A DNA stretch of 56,305 bases from Mucilaginibacter sp. (lineage in GTDB: Bacteria > Bacteroidota > Bacteroidia > Sphingobacteriales > Sphingobacteriaceae): NCBI GenBank assembly GCA_028288315.1, contig JAQBNY010000075.1:1-56305 (forward strand), written 5' to 3'. Positions 18,846-29,975 of this stretch are shown piece after piece. The translations under genes and the position numbers were made by a program. The notes beneath the pieces were generated by a model. That model was not told where the DNA came from. It was given only the letters and a program-made list of their open reading frames with translations, and ran no database searches. Within the stretch, counting starts at the first letter, position 1. Each line of letters begins with the position of its first letter.

Positions 18846-21161
18846 ATGAACGAAGATCGTTTGTTTAAACCAGAAACAAAAATTAATGATTACAGAGATG
18901 TTATCATACCATATTTAAAAAAATGGTATTGGTTTGTAGCTGCTTTGTTAATTAGTTTTTTTACAGCCTGGTTTTATCTTAGTTGTGCAACCCCTCAATA
19001 CAATATCAACAGCACATTATTAATACCAGATGACAAGAAAGGTGATGGAATACTAAAAGCAACTGCATTTAGTGATTTAAACATGTTTCATGAAGTTAAA
19101 ACAGTAGATAATGAAATTGAAATTTTACGCTCAAGAGATTTAATTTATAAAGCGTTAAAAAAGCTCAATCTTGAGATTGCTTATACGTATCAAACCTTTT
19201 TTAAAACAACCGAGCTTTATGGTAAAAGTCTGCCATTAACAGTGTCGGTTGTAAAATTAGGAGCAATGGCATATGTTAAGGACATCCAGTTACAAAGTGT
19301 ATCTGATTCAACGTTTATCCTTACCGATGACATCAAAAAATATAAATACAGGTTTGGCCAGCTTGTTAGCCTCCCTGGTTATACAATTAGAGTATTTAAA
19401 GGGCCATCATTTGCTAAAAATCATAAAACGTTAAATGTGAAATTTCAAGACCTGTACGATATGGCTTTATCTTATAGTGCAGGTAAATTAAAAATTACAC
19501 CGGTTATAAAAGAATCTAACACACTCACCTTAAGCATGATGGATGCCATACCAATGCGGGGAATAGATATAATGAATAATATTATTGATATCTATAACGG
19601 GGAAGGTTTACAAAAAAAGAATAGCTTGGCAATTAGCACTATCCAATTTTTGGATAAGCGCTTAAAATCGATAGAAAATGAACTTTCATATGCTGAAGGC
19701 GATATTGAAGTCTATAAGCAACAAAATAGTGCCATCGATGTAGGTGCCGGTACGCAAATAAATTTGACAAAATCTGCCGAATACAACAAACTCATAGAAG
19801 AATCAGATGTACAATTAGGTAGTGTAAATTCTATCCTCGCTTATTTAAGAACACCAAAAAACCAATTTAATGTGGTGCCCAGTACTATGAATTTAAAAGA
19901 TCCTGTACTTATTTCATTGATAAACAAATTTAATGATCTGCAATTAGAAAGGGATAGGATGTTGCACAGTGCTAATCTTAGTAATCAGTTAGTGCAAAAT
20001 TTAACCAACCAAATAACAGGTATACGCTTTAATATAATCGAAAATTTAACCAACATTAAAAAAGGAATTCAAATAGAAAACAACCATCTTAGGTCTAATT
20101 CAGCTAATTACAAATCTAAAATACGTTTAGCACCAACATTAGAACGAGGGCTTTTGCAACGCGGGCGTGAACAAAATGTTAAAACCAACCTGTATCAATA
20201 TTTTCTACAAAAGAAAGAAGAAACAGAATTATCGTTATTGGCAACGGTACCCGCATCACAAGTGATAGATAAGCCTGCTTATAATCCGTTGCCAGAATCC
20301 CCTAAGCATGAGTTAGTGTATTTATGTGGTAGCATATTAGGGCTTGTAATCCCAATATTTTTCATTTATACCGGCAAAAGCCTAACCTTAAAAGTAAAAG
20401 ATATATCATCCTTAAAAGATATCCCGGGTCTCAAAATTTTGGGAGAGTTAAGCCACAATGATATTAAAAGTACCGTTGTGATGAGTAAAGGAAGCAAGTC
20501 AACAATTTCCGAACTATTTAGATATATCCGAACCAACCTGGGCATGCTAAATAAAGGCCAGCCCAATAAGGTAATGTTAATTACATCATGTATGCAGGGA
20601 GAAGGAAAAACATTTTTCAGTATAAACCTGGGATTGACATTAGCTATGTTGAATAAGAAAGTAATAATACTTGAATTTGATTTACGAAAGCCAGATATGT
20701 TAAAAAAGCTGGATATAAAACAAAAAACAGGTATTGCGGAGTTTTTGCAAGGAGATATTGATGAATTTATGTTAAGCATTCAACCCTACCCAAAATCATC
20801 TAATTTATATATACTGGGGTGTGGGTCAACACCTGAAGATCCTGCAGAACTGCTAGCCAGCAAACGTGTAAATTTTATGTTTGATTTATTGAAAAATAAT
20901 TTTGATTACATAATTGTAGATACTTCTCCTGTCGGAGCGGTTGCAGATGCGTTTAGTTTGGCTAAATACGCAGACCTGAGCATTTATTTAGTTAGATATA
21001 ATTATACAGACAACAAACAGTTAGACATACTTAAGGACATTTATGAGAATGATAAATTAAAAAACCTTATGGTGGTTATTAACGATGCTAAACCAGAGAA
21101 CCGTCCGGCTTATGCTTATGGTTCATATGGTTATTATACTGATCAAGTAGTTAATACGTAG
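18846..21161 (+). CDS. wzc: Polysaccharide co-polymerase / BY tyrosine kinase
   Basis: Two TM helices; Walker A SCMQGEGKT, EFDLRKP, IIVDTSP; C-terminal Tyr cluster YAYGSYGYY. Confidence 0.93.
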   Translation: MNEDRLFKPETKINDYRDVIIPYLKKWYWFVAALLISFFTAWFYLSCATPQYNINSTLLIPDDKKGDGILKATAFSDLNMFHEVKTVDNEIEILRSRDLIYKALKKLNLEIAYTYQTFFKTTELYGKSLPLTVSVVKLGAMAYVKDIQLQSVSDSTFILTDDIKKYKYRFGQLVSLPGYTIRVFKGPSFAKNHKTLNVKFQDLYDMALSYSAGKLKITPVIKESNTLTLSMMDAIPMRGIDIMNNIIDIYNGEGLQKKNSLAISTIQFLDKRLKSIENELSYAEGDIEVYKQQNSAIDVGAGTQINLTKSAEYNKLIEESDVQLGSVNSILAYLRTPKNQFNVVPSTMNLKDPVLISLINKFNDLQLERDRMLHSANLSNQLVQNLTNQITGIRFNIIENLTNIKKGIQIENNHLRSNSANYKSKIRLAPTLERGLLQRGREQNVKTNLYQYFLQKKEETELSLLATVPASQVIDKPAYNPLPESPKHELVYLCGSILGLVIPIFFIYTGKSLTLKVKDISSLKDIPGLKILGELSHNDIKSTVVMSKGSKSTISELFRYIRTNLGMLNKGQPNKVMLITSCMQGEGKTFFSINLGLTLAMLNKKVIILEFDLRKPDMLKKLDIKQKTGIAEFLQGDIDEFMLSIQPYPKSSNLYILGCGSTPEDPAELLASKRVNFMFDLLKNNFDYIIVDTSPVGAVADAFSLAKYADLSIYLVRYNYTDNKQLDILKDIYENDKLKNLMVVINDAKPENRPAYAYGSYGYYTDQVVNT

Positions 21162-21212
21162 GTTTTTTGTCTTTCTGTACTAATAATCAATAAAAAAGTG
21201 TGAAAAAATAAC

Positions 21213-21352
21213 CACGTAAGTGGTATGGCGAAGCTATACACTATTGACATGATATATTAAAGTTAAAAGTTGCTAACAGATATTTATAACAATTAGCGAT
21301 TCCTCATTATCTATCAATAATAAAATTATCATGTAAGTGATTTGGCGAAGCT
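21213..21352 (+). repeat. Two copies of a 23-nt motif upstream of upxY (candidate ops-like pause/loading elements)
   Basis: CACGTAAGTGGTATGGCGAAGCT (21213-21235) and CATGTAAGTGATTTGGCGAAGCT (21330-21352), 20/23 identical, 117 nt apart. Confidence 0.75.
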
Positions 21353-21384
21353 TTATACGCCTCTATCAAATAATTCACATCCAT

Positions 21385-21939
21385 ATGGAAAATCCTATTT
21401 TTTTACAGGAGAAAAAGTGGCTTGTAATTTACACCCGACCCCGATGGGAGAAAAAGGTTGATCAAATGTTAAAACAGCAAGGAATTGAATCTTACTGTCC
21501 ATTAAGAATAGTTGAAAACCAATGGGCTGATCGAAAAAAAAAGGTGAGTCTCCCATTATTTAATTCGTACATTTTTGTGCACGTTACTTTACGAGAACAA
21601 TCAAATGTACTATATATATCGGGCGTTTTAGGTTTTGTTTATTTCATGGGTAAGCCAGCCGTTGTACGCGATAGCATTATTGAGCAGGTTAAAGCCAATT
21701 TGGCTACTTATAATGATGTTGAAATTATAGATCTGCAAACCATATCTGTTGGCGATAAGGTTCGCATCAAGCAAGGCATTTTTACAGATCAGCTTGGTAA
21801 AATTATACAATTACAAGGTAAGAACGTACTTATGATTTTTGACAGCATTAATTGTGCTTTAGTAACACGTATCCTTGTTCAGAATGTTGCTATACAAAAT
21901 TTAAATCAAAACAATGAAAGCGCCTCAAAACAATTATAG
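21385..21939 (+). CDS. upxY: UpxY/NusG-family transcription antiterminator
   Basis: [48 protein letters not shown]; ATG 21385 preferred to GTG 21337. Confidence 0.92.
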   Translation: MENPIFLQEKKWLVIYTRPRWEKKVDQMLKQQGIESYCPLRIVENQWADRKKKVSLPLFNSYIFVHVTLREQSNVLYISGVLGFVYFMGKPAVVRDSIIEQVKANLATYNDVEIIDLQTISVGDKVRIKQGIFTDQLGKIIQLQGKNVLMIFDSINCALVTRILVQNVAIQNLNQNNESASKQL

Positions 21940-23212
21940 AATTGGAATTATTGGCCTTGGATATGTTGGATTACCACTGGCCGTTGAATTTGCCAAAAAA
22001 TATAAGGTAATAGGATTTGATGTTAACCAACAAAGAATTGATCAGCTCAGATCAGGTATTGATCATACACTTGAAGTTAGCAAGGATGAACTAAATGCGG
22101 TTATAACCCCTGTTTGTACAACTCCTGTCGGACTGTTTTTTACTCAGGAGCTAGAAAATTTGCGATCATGCTCTATATATATTGTAACGGTGCCTACACC
22201 TGTTGATAAAAATAACCGGCCAGATCTAACCCCATTGAAAAATGCAAGTTTAATGTTGGGTGAGGTTCTAAAAAAAGGTGATATAGTTATTTATGAATCA
22301 ACGGTTTATCCGGGAGTTACCGAGGATGAATGTGTACCGGTACTTGAAAGTGCTTCAAATTTGCGTTTCAATATTGATTTTTTTGCGGGTTACTCTCCGG
22401 AAAGAATAAATCCAGGTGATAAAACACATACTGTAACAAAAATCAGAAAGATCACATCGGGCTCTACTCCTGATGCTGCAGAGATTATTGATAAACTATA
22501 TAGATCAATTATAACTGCAGGTACATTTAAAGCCGCTTCAATCAAAGTAGCTGAAGCTGCAAAAGTGATTGAAAATGCTCAGCGCGATATAAATATCGCT
22601 TTTGTGAATGAATTGGCGATGATATTTAATATACTCAATATCGATACAAACCAGGTATTAGAGGCGGCTGGTACAAAATGGAATTTTTTAGACTTTCGGC
22701 CGGGGCTTGTAGGTGGGCATTGCATAGGAGTAGATCCATATTACCTGGCGCAAAAAGCACAGGAGGTTGGCTATCATCCTGAAATTATTTTGGCTGGCCG
22801 GAGAATAAACGATAGGATGGGGGCATACGTAGCAGATCAGTTAATAAAAAGAATGATTTGTAAGGGCACTGATCTTGCTAATGCCGAAGTATTAATATTA
22901 GGCTTTACTTTTAAAGAAAATTGCCCGGATGTACGTAATACACGTGTTATTGACGTAATTAAGCGCCTGGAAGAATATAAGGTTAAGGTTCATATTCATG
23001 ACCCCTGGGCCAATGCCGATCACGCAAAAAAAGTTTACAAGATTATATGCGAAAATGGGGAATCGAAAGGCAGAACATATGATGGCGTTTTATTAGCAGT
23101 AGCTCATGATCAGTTTAAAGACATGGACTTTAAAGCTCTTTGTAAATCCAACACCGTTGTATATGATTTGAAATCTTGTCTTTCTGATGATGTTGTGGAT
23201 GCACGCCTTTAA
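21914..23212 (+). CDS. UDP-N-acetylhexosamine C6 dehydrogenase (WbpO/TviB-like)
   Basis: [47 protein letters not shown]. Confidence 0.92.
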   Translation: MKAPQNNYRIGIIGLGYVGLPLAVEFAKKYKVIGFDVNQQRIDQLRSGIDHTLEVSKDELNAVITPVCTTPVGLFFTQELENLRSCSIYIVTVPTPVDKNNRPDLTPLKNASLMLGEVLKKGDIVIYESTVYPGVTEDECVPVLESASNLRFNIDFFAGYSPERINPGDKTHTVTKIRKITSGSTPDAAEIIDKLYRSIITAGTFKAASIKVAEAAKVIENAQRDINIAFVNELAMIFNILNIDTNQVLEAAGTKWNFLDFRPGLVGGHCIGVDPYYLAQKAQEVGYHPEIILAGRRINDRMGAYVADQLIKRMICKGTDLANAEVLILGFTFKENCPDVRNTRVIDVIKRLEEYKVKVHIHDPWANADHAKKVYKIICENGESKGRTYDGVLLAVAHDQFKDMDFKALCKSNTVVYDLKSCLSDDVVDARL

Positions 23213-23218
23213 TAATAC

Positions 23219-24658
23219 ATGAACTTTAAAGAAAAAGCTGTTTCGGCTTTATTGTGGTCTATTTGGCAACAATTAAGTTCAAAACTGGTAAGTTTTGCAA
23301 TATCAATTTTCTTAGCAAGACTACTTGAGCCTTCGCAATTTGGGTTAATTGCAATGCTGTCTTTATTTATTGCCGTAAGCAATACCCTGTTAGATAGTGG
23401 TTTAACATCCTCTTTAATAAGAACGACCAATCCCAATCAGCGGGATTACTCTACTATTTTTTATTTCAATATTGCAGGTAGTGCAATATTATATATAATG
23501 TTATTTTTTTCAGCTCCGCTTGTAGCATTGTTTTATCATCAACCTCAGTTAATAGCTATAATACGTGTTTATGGTACCATCTTAGTTATAAATGCTTTTT
23601 TTGGTGTACAAAGTACTCTTTTGATAAAAGATCTTAAGTTTAGAATACAAACCAACATACAAGTTCCATCAACTATAGGTGGCGGCATTTTAGGAATTGT
23701 TTTAGCAAAAATGGGTTATGGTGTTTGGAGCCTCGTTTGGATGAGTTTGCTTACATCCTTCTTATCTACAGCTATGCATTGGCTTTATTCAAGTTGGCGG
23801 CCTGCATTATTATTTGATATAAAATGTTTTAAAAGTCACTTTTATTTTGGATACAAAATGACCATATCTAATTTATTAGATACCATATACCAGAATTTTT
23901 ACCTTATTGTAATTGGCAAATATTTCTCTACAAGCCAGCTTGGATTTTATTCCAGAGCCGAATCTTTAAGTCAGTTTCCTATAAGCAATATTTCAGCAGC
24001 AATTAATAAAGTGGCTTATCCTATGTTTGCCGAAATTTCTGAAGATACTAAACAACTTAAAAATGTTTACAAGAGATTAATTCAACAAGTGCTTTTCTGG
24101 AATGCTCCTGTATTGGTTCTACTATCTGTTATAGCCGAACCATTGTTTAAATTTTTACTTACTGATAAATGGCTGCCAGCAGTGCCATATTTTAAAATAC
24201 TATGTATTAGTGGTATTATGTACCCGCTACATGCTTATAATCTTAACATTTTAAAAGTACTGGGTAAAAGTACCTTGTTCCTTAAATTAGAAATAATTAA
24301 GAAAATACTTTGCATAACAATAGTGCTGATAGTTATCCAATTTGGCATGTACGGATTACTATATTTTCAATTGTTCTTCAATTTTATCGCGTATTATATC
24401 AACTCAATATATAGTGGTAAACTAATTTCTTACCCTGTTCAAGAACAAATTAAAGACATTTTGCCAACCTTTACCCTAGCCGGTACCTTAGGGATATGCT
24501 GTTATTTACTTGAACAATATTTAGATCATGTTTTAGTATCCGAAATTCTAAAGATGAGTTTAACAAGTATCAGTTTTATACTGTTATACTATGCTTTTAG
24601 CTCATTTTTTAAAATTTCTGCAATAAAAGATTTTAACCAATTAATTCTAAAGAAATGA
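23219..24658 (+). CDS. wzx: Polysaccharide flippase (WzxC-like)
   Basis: LARLLEPSQFGL, GVWSLV, LGFYSRA; about 12 TM helices. Confidence 0.9.
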   Translation: MNFKEKAVSALLWSIWQQLSSKLVSFAISIFLARLLEPSQFGLIAMLSLFIAVSNTLLDSGLTSSLIRTTNPNQRDYSTIFYFNIAGSAILYIMLFFSAPLVALFYHQPQLIAIIRVYGTILVINAFFGVQSTLLIKDLKFRIQTNIQVPSTIGGGILGIVLAKMGYGVWSLVWMSLLTSFLSTAMHWLYSSWRPALLFDIKCFKSHFYFGYKMTISNLLDTIYQNFYLIVIGKYFSTSQLGFYSRAESLSQFPISNISAAINKVAYPMFAEISEDTKQLKNVYKRLIQQVLFWNAPVLVLLSVIAEPLFKFLLTDKWLPAVPYFKILCISGIMYPLHAYNLNILKVLGKSTLFLKLEIIKKILCITIVLIVIQFGMYGLLYFQLFFNFIAYYINSIYSGKLISYPVQEQIKDILPTFTLAGTLGICCYLLEQYLDHVLVSEILKMSLTSISFILLYYAFSSFFKISAIKDFNQLILKK

Positions 24659-25803
24659 TTCCAGTAACTAAACCTTATCTGCCGGCAGAAAAAGAATTTA
24701 AAAGTTATGTGAAAAATATTTGGGAACGGCAATGGTTAACAAATAATGGCCCTCTGGTAAATACATTAGAACTAAAGTTAAAAGAATACTTATCGTTAAA
24801 TCATTTGTTATACGTAACTAATGGCACAGTAGCGCTGCAGTTAGCTATTAAGGCACTTGACTTAACTGGAGAAATTATAACAACGCCGTTTTCTTTTGTT
24901 GCTACTACAAGCAGTATAGTATGGCAAGGGTGCAAACCTGTGTTTGTTGATATTAACCCCAATACATACAACATAGATACAACAAAAATCGAAGCTGCAA
25001 TAACACCTCAAACCTCCGGTATAATTGCAACACATGTATTTGGTAATCCTTGTGATATTGATGCGATAAAGCACATTGCAGACAAATACAATTTGAAAGT
25101 TATATACGATGCAGCTCACTGTTTTGGAACCAGGTACAAAAACAGGTCAATATTTGAATTTGGCGATATAAGTACTACAAGCTTTCATGCTACTAAACTA
25201 TTTCATACCGTTGAAGGCGGTGCTGTTATTACAAAGGATCCGGAATTACTTAGAAAAATGGCAGTCATGAGAAATTTTGGATATTCAGGAACAGATACAT
25301 TTTCTGAATTAGGAATTAATGCTAAAAACTGTGAATTGCATGCTGCAATGGGTTTATGTAATTTGAAACATGTTGATGAGATACTTCAAAAAAGAAAATA
25401 TTTATACCAACATTATTTAATTCGGTTGAATAGATTAGGAGTGAAGTTTCAGGTGCTTCAGGGTTATACTGACTATAATCATGCCTATTTCCCAATTTTA
25501 TTTGAGAGTGAAGAGTTAATGTATGCAAATAAGGCTAACCTGGAGCTTTCACAAGTATACAGTCGCCGGTATTTTTATCCATCCTTATCGGCTTTACCTT
25601 ATGTTGATAATGTATTAATGCCAGTTTGTGATTCTGTTGCCAGCAGGATTTTGTGTCTTCCGCTTTATCATACACTTACACTGTCAGATTTGGATTTTAT
25701 ATGTAGGATTTTATTGAAAGAAAGTTTGAAATCTAAAACCAAAAATTTCAGTGTGTTGATTGCTGAACAAATTGAATCAGGACTTGATCATATATCAGCA
25801 TAA
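24655..25803 (+). CDS. DegT/DnrJ sugar aminotransferase (VioA-like)
   Basis: MIPVTKP, WLTNNGP, IYDAAH, SFHATKLFHTVEGG, GINAK, RRYFYP. Confidence 0.9.
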   Translation: MIPVTKPYLPAEKEFKSYVKNIWERQWLTNNGPLVNTLELKLKEYLSLNHLLYVTNGTVALQLAIKALDLTGEIITTPFSFVATTSSIVWQGCKPVFVDINPNTYNIDTTKIEAAITPQTSGIIATHVFGNPCDIDAIKHIADKYNLKVIYDAAHCFGTRYKNRSIFEFGDISTTSFHATKLFHTVEGGAVITKDPELLRKMAVMRNFGYSGTDTFSELGINAKNCELHAAMGLCNLKHVDEILQKRKYLYQHYLIRLNRLGVKFQVLQGYTDYNHAYFPILFESEELMYANKANLELSQVYSRRYFYPSLSALPYVDNVLMPVCDSVASRILCLPLYHTLTLSDLDFICRILLKESLKSKTKNFSVLIAEQIESGLDHISA

Positions 25804-25813
25804 TTAAGTTTAT

Positions 25814-26677
25814 ATGGAAGATCTAATACCAACGGTGAGTATTTGTTGTATTACTTACAACCATAAAAAATTTATCTCTCAGGCTATAAATAGTTTTCTA
25901 ATGCAGGAAACAAATTTTCATTTTGAAATTATAGTTGGCGATGATTGCTCAAATGACGGAGCCTTAGATATATTAAAAACCTTTTCAGATAAATATGCCG
26001 ACAAAATTAAGCTGATCTCGACTGAAAAAAATTCGGGGACACACAGTAATTTAGTGAATTGCCTTAAGTTTTGCACAGGTAAATATATAGCTCTATGTGA
26101 AGGTGATGATTATTGGACTGACCCTATAAAATTACAAAAACAGGTTGATTTTTTGGAGAATAACCCCGACTACGTAATTTGTTGCCATTATACCAGGGTA
26201 ATAAATGAAGGAGGAGAAACATTGTACGTTCATCCTAAGCCTATGCCCCTCGAACATACTTATTTTGATTTGCTGGCAGGTAAGCAGGAAGAAACTAAAA
26301 CAGCAACAGTAGTGTACAGAAACACTCCTGGGATACATCAATTATTTACAACATCGTGGTTTAGAAACTGCTATGCAGGTGATAAGATATTTAAGTTGTT
26401 TGCAACTTATTATACTGGAGGGAAAATTTTTGTAATACCGCAAGTGATGAGCTGTTACCGTAACCACAGTGGTGGTATCTGGAGCATGATCAACACACAA
26501 ATACGAATGGAAAGAATGATCAGCGATTTTAACTTGATTATAAACCATTTTACCTATCCGGCACTACAAAAGAAAAAGTTACTTGTGTTATATATTAGAC
26601 GCTATTTATTGTTTGAGTTACGACATAAGCAAGTGCGCAAAGCATTTAATACAGTTAAATTTTTGTTAAACTATTAA
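25814..26677 (+). CDS. Glycosyltransferase family 2
   Basis: VSICCITYNH, DDCSND, ALCEGDDYW, KLQKQVDFL. Confidence 0.92.
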   Translation: MEDLIPTVSICCITYNHKKFISQAINSFLMQETNFHFEIIVGDDCSNDGALDILKTFSDKYADKIKLISTEKNSGTHSNLVNCLKFCTGKYIALCEGDDYWTDPIKLQKQVDFLENNPDYVICCHYTRVINEGGETLYVHPKPMPLEHTYFDLLAGKQEETKTATVVYRNTPGIHQLFTTSWFRNCYAGDKIFKLFATYYTGGKIFVIPQVMSCYRNHSGGIWSMINTQIRMERMISDFNLIINHFTYPALQKKKLLVLYIRRYLLFELRHKQVRKAFNTVKFLLNY

Positions 26678-26701
26678 AAATTGACGGTAGAACTAAGCTC
26701 C

Positions 26702-27805
26702 ATGCAACAGAAAAAAAAGCTCTTTTTTATTATTCCTTCGTTAGTGGGTGGTGGGGCAGAGCGGGTGTTGATATCACTGGCAAATCATTTTAATACTTTA
26801 GATTATGAGTCAATAATAATTTCATTAAATAACTGTGTGCCCGCTTATGAGATTACATGCGGCGTTCAGGTTTTATTCCTCGTTAATCGTAAAAAAGATT
26901 CTCCATTGTTTAGAGTATATTATGTAGCGCAAATTTTTTTTAAACTCCTAAAGCATTTGCTAAAAGAAAAACCTGTATGCAGTATTTCTTTTATTACATC
27001 GGCCAATATCTGGGCGGGTATAACCTGTAACTTAACCAGAACACCGTATGTTGTATCAGAACGCACATCGCCTAACCGGAGCATTAATAAATTTGGCTAT
27101 TTTCATAATCATTTGGCAGCAAGGCTTTATAAAAGATCAAACGCAATTGTAGTTAGTGCAAGCGGAGTTGAGCAATGTCTTAGAGAAAATAAGAAATTTA
27201 ATAAGCTTAATAACATATGTAAGATAAATAATGCTGTTAATGTATTTGAGCCACCAACAAACACAAAGGTTCATTATCGTAAATTTATATTAGGTGTTGG
27301 CCGGCTAACGTATGTAAAAGGTTTTGATATTCTTATAAGTGCATTCAGTATGGCAAAGTTGCAAGATGTTGATTTGCTTATAGTAGGTGAGGGAGACGAA
27401 AGGGCCAACTTAATTTGTCAGATATATAACTTGGGGCTAAGGGATAGGGTGATACTAGTAGGAGCAAGAACAAATTTGCAGGATTTTTACAGCCAGGCCG
27501 AATTGTTTGTATTGCCATCAAGAAACGAGGGGTATCCTAATGCACTTGTTGAAGCCATGAGTTTTGGGTGCCCTTGCGTGGCAATGAATTGTGAGTTTGG
27601 TCCAGCTGAAATTATTATAAATAACCTTAACGGTATATTAGTTGATGTTCTATCCATTGCTTCATTATCTAATGCAATAAGTAATTTAATATCCAATCCG
27701 AACTTGATGGATCTTCTTGGAAAAAATGCTCTAAATATCAATACAACCAACAACGCTCAGCAGATTTTACAAAAATGGGAAAACCTTGTTTTGTGTAACT
27801 CTTAG
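26702..27805 (+). CDS. Glycosyltransferase family 4
   Basis: GGGAERV, GRLTYVKG, EGYPNALVEAM; ATG 26702 preferred to TTG 26681. Confidence 0.9.
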   Translation: MQQKKKLFFIIPSLVGGGAERVLISLANHFNTLDYESIIISLNNCVPAYEITCGVQVLFLVNRKKDSPLFRVYYVAQIFFKLLKHLLKEKPVCSISFITSANIWAGITCNLTRTPYVVSERTSPNRSINKFGYFHNHLAARLYKRSNAIVVSASGVEQCLRENKKFNKLNNICKINNAVNVFEPPTNTKVHYRKFILGVGRLTYVKGFDILISAFSMAKLQDVDLLIVGEGDERANLICQIYNLGLRDRVILVGARTNLQDFYSQAELFVLPSRNEGYPNALVEAMSFGCPCVAMNCEFGPAEIIINNLNGILVDVLSIASLSNAISNLISNPNLMDLLGKNALNINTTNNAQQILQKWENLVLCNS

Positions 27806-27856
27806 AAATATAATCAGATTTTAAAGGTTTGCTTTCATTGTGAAAAATCATCAGGT

Positions 27857-28609
27857 ATGGTGCAATATCTAATACGATTAGACGACCTATGTCCAACAAA
27901 TAATCTAACAAAATGGCAACGCTTTTTTAATTTATTTGATGATTTTGGAATAAAGCCAATAATTGCGGTAATACCGTACAATGTAGATCCGAAGTTACTT
28001 AAATGCGGAAATTACAACCCTAACTATTGGCAACTGGTGAGGGAACTTCAGCGAAAAGGGTATACAATAGGGATGCATGGTTATGAACATCTTTATCAGA
28101 GCACCAATTCGGGCTTATTACGAATGAATAACAGGTCTGAATTTGCGGGTTTGCCTTTAATTGCACAAGAAGCAAAAATTAAACATGCTTCAGAAATATT
28201 TAAGCAGGAAGGAGTAATTACATCTTGCTTTATTGCACCGGCACACACATTTGATATTAACACACTTATAGCTTTAAAAAAATATTCATATATAAAAACC
28301 ATCAGTGATGGATTATTAAATATGCCATATAAAAGATTTGGGTTTAATTGGATACCTGCACAGCTTTCTGAAGTTGCCGAAAAAAAAGCAAACACCTGGA
28401 CATTTAATTACCATCCTGAAACTTGTACCGACAGAGAGTTTTATAATTTGGAAAAGTTTATTGTGAAATATTATAAGCACTTTGTTTCTACAGATGCACT
28501 TGTCTTTAAAGAGTATACCTGGTATGACAGTATAAAGGAACAGGCAATTATTTATCGCCGTTTATTGCGTGATAAGCTAAAATTTGCAGCCGCTCTGCTC
28601 AAATTTTAA
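27857..28609 (+). CDS. Polysaccharide deacetylase-like protein (CE4 fold, DUF2334-like)
   Basis: IRLDD, MHGYEH metal motif, SEFAGL, FIAPAH. Confidence 0.8.
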   Translation: MVQYLIRLDDLCPTNNLTKWQRFFNLFDDFGIKPIIAVIPYNVDPKLLKCGNYNPNYWQLVRELQRKGYTIGMHGYEHLYQSTNSGLLRMNNRSEFAGLPLIAQEAKIKHASEIFKQEGVITSCFIAPAHTFDINTLIALKKYSYIKTISDGLLNMPYKRFGFNWIPAQLSEVAEKKANTWTFNYHPETCTDREFYNLEKFIVKYYKHFVSTDALVFKEYTWYDSIKEQAIIYRRLLRDKLKFAAALLKF

Positions 28610-28688
28610 GCTACTTAGATATAAGCTTTTAACAAAAAGTTTTTATGGGATGGTCACTAAATCAATTTAACAAGCTAATTACCATTTT

Positions 28689-29975
28689 ATGAATATACCT
28701 TTCTCACCACCTTACATTGATCAAACTGTGATTGATGAAGTTACTGACACATTAAATTCTAAATGGATTACTACTGGCCCAAAAGTAGTAGAACTTGAAA
28801 AGGAAGTGGTTAAGCTTACTACTTCTAAAAAGGCGATATGTGTAAATTCATGGACGTCTGGCGCAATTTTAATGCTTAAATGGTATGGTGTAAAAGCCGG
28901 TGATGAGGTTATAATACCAGCATACACTTACTGCGCCACAGCTTTAGCCGTTTTACATTGTGGGGCCACACCTGTAATGGTTGATATTGATGATGATTTT
29001 TGCATTTCAACAATAGCTGTTAAAAAGGCAATAACATCTAAAACTAAGGCTATTATAGCTGTTGATATTGCCGGATGGCCGTGTGATTATCCTAAACTCA
29101 TGAGAATTATAAAAAGCCCTGAAATATCCGGCCTTTTTATTTCAGAATCAATTAAACAAAGAAATTTGAATAGAATATTGCTAATTGCAGATGCCGCCCA
29201 TTCACTTGGGGCAAAAAGTTACGGGCATCCGTCTGCAATTAAAAGTGATATCACAATTTTTTCTTTTCATGCGGTTAAAAACATTACAACTGCGGAGGGA
29301 GGGTGTGTTTGTTTAAACCTGCCTGATAACTTTAACGTCGAAGAAGAGTATAAATATTTGAAAATATATACTTTAAACGGCCAAAATAAAGATGCTTTAT
29401 CAAAATCATTAGGTGCCGGATGGCGGTATGATATACTTTTTCAAGGACTTAAAATTAACATGCCTGATATTTGTGCGGCAATTGGATTAGCACAGATAAG
29501 AAAATATCAAAACAAGTTATTACCCTTACGTAAGGGCGTAGCTTTACAATATTGCAAAGGGTTTAAAGACAAAGCATGGGCTATATTGCCAACCTTAATT
29601 GACAGGGGCCGTGAATCAAGCTACCATTTATTTCCACTTCGCATTAAAGGTATAACGGAACAGCAACGTGATAATATTATTGATGAAATAACTTCAAACG
29701 GGGTAGCTGTTAACGTGCATTTTATACCTATGCCCATGTTAACTTATTTTAAAAGTTTAGGATATAATATTGATGATTATCCTAAAGCTTATAAGAACTA
29801 TTCTTGCGAAATATCTTTACCAATATACTCGCAACTAATTGATGAAGAGGTACAATTTATTATAAATTCAGTAATAATAGCTGTTGAAAATCAACTAACC
29901 TATGTTACCATGGAACAGTTAACCTTAGATGCTGAAAAACAGTTGATAGATTTTAATATGTACCAACATGGTTGA
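28689..29975 (+). CDS. DegT/DnrJ sugar aminotransferase
   Basis: IPFSPP, WITTGPK, ADAAHSLG, FSFHAVKNITTAEGG. Confidence 0.92.
   Translation: MNIPFSPPYIDQTVIDEVTDTLNSKWITTGPKVVELEKEVVKLTTSKKAICVNSWTSGAILMLKWYGVKAGDEVIIPAYTYCATALAVLHCGATPVMVDIDDDFCISTIAVKKAITSKTKAIIAVDIAGWPCDYPKLMRIIKSPEISGLFISESIKQRNLNRILLIADAAHSLGAKSYGHPSAIKSDITIFSFHAVKNITTAEGGCVCLNLPDNFNVEEEYKYLKIYTLNGQNKDALSKSLGAGWRYDILFQGLKINMPDICAAIGLAQIRKYQNKLLPLRKGVALQYCKGFKDKAWAILPTLIDRGRESSYHLFPLRIKGITEQQRDNIIDEITSNGVAVNVHFIPMPMLTYFKSLGYNIDDYPKAYKNYSCEISLPIYSQLIDEEVQFIINSVIIAVENQLTYVTMEQLTLDAEKQLIDFNMYQHG

Noticed and set aside
21213-21352. Repeat pair as a mini-CRISPR or invertible-promoter ends
   Set aside because: Only two imperfect direct (not inverted) copies with a 94-nt gap; no cas or recombinase genes
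21337-21384. GTG-start N-terminal extension of upxY
   Set aside because: Overlaps the repeated regulatory motif; ATG 21385 gives a typical UpxY length
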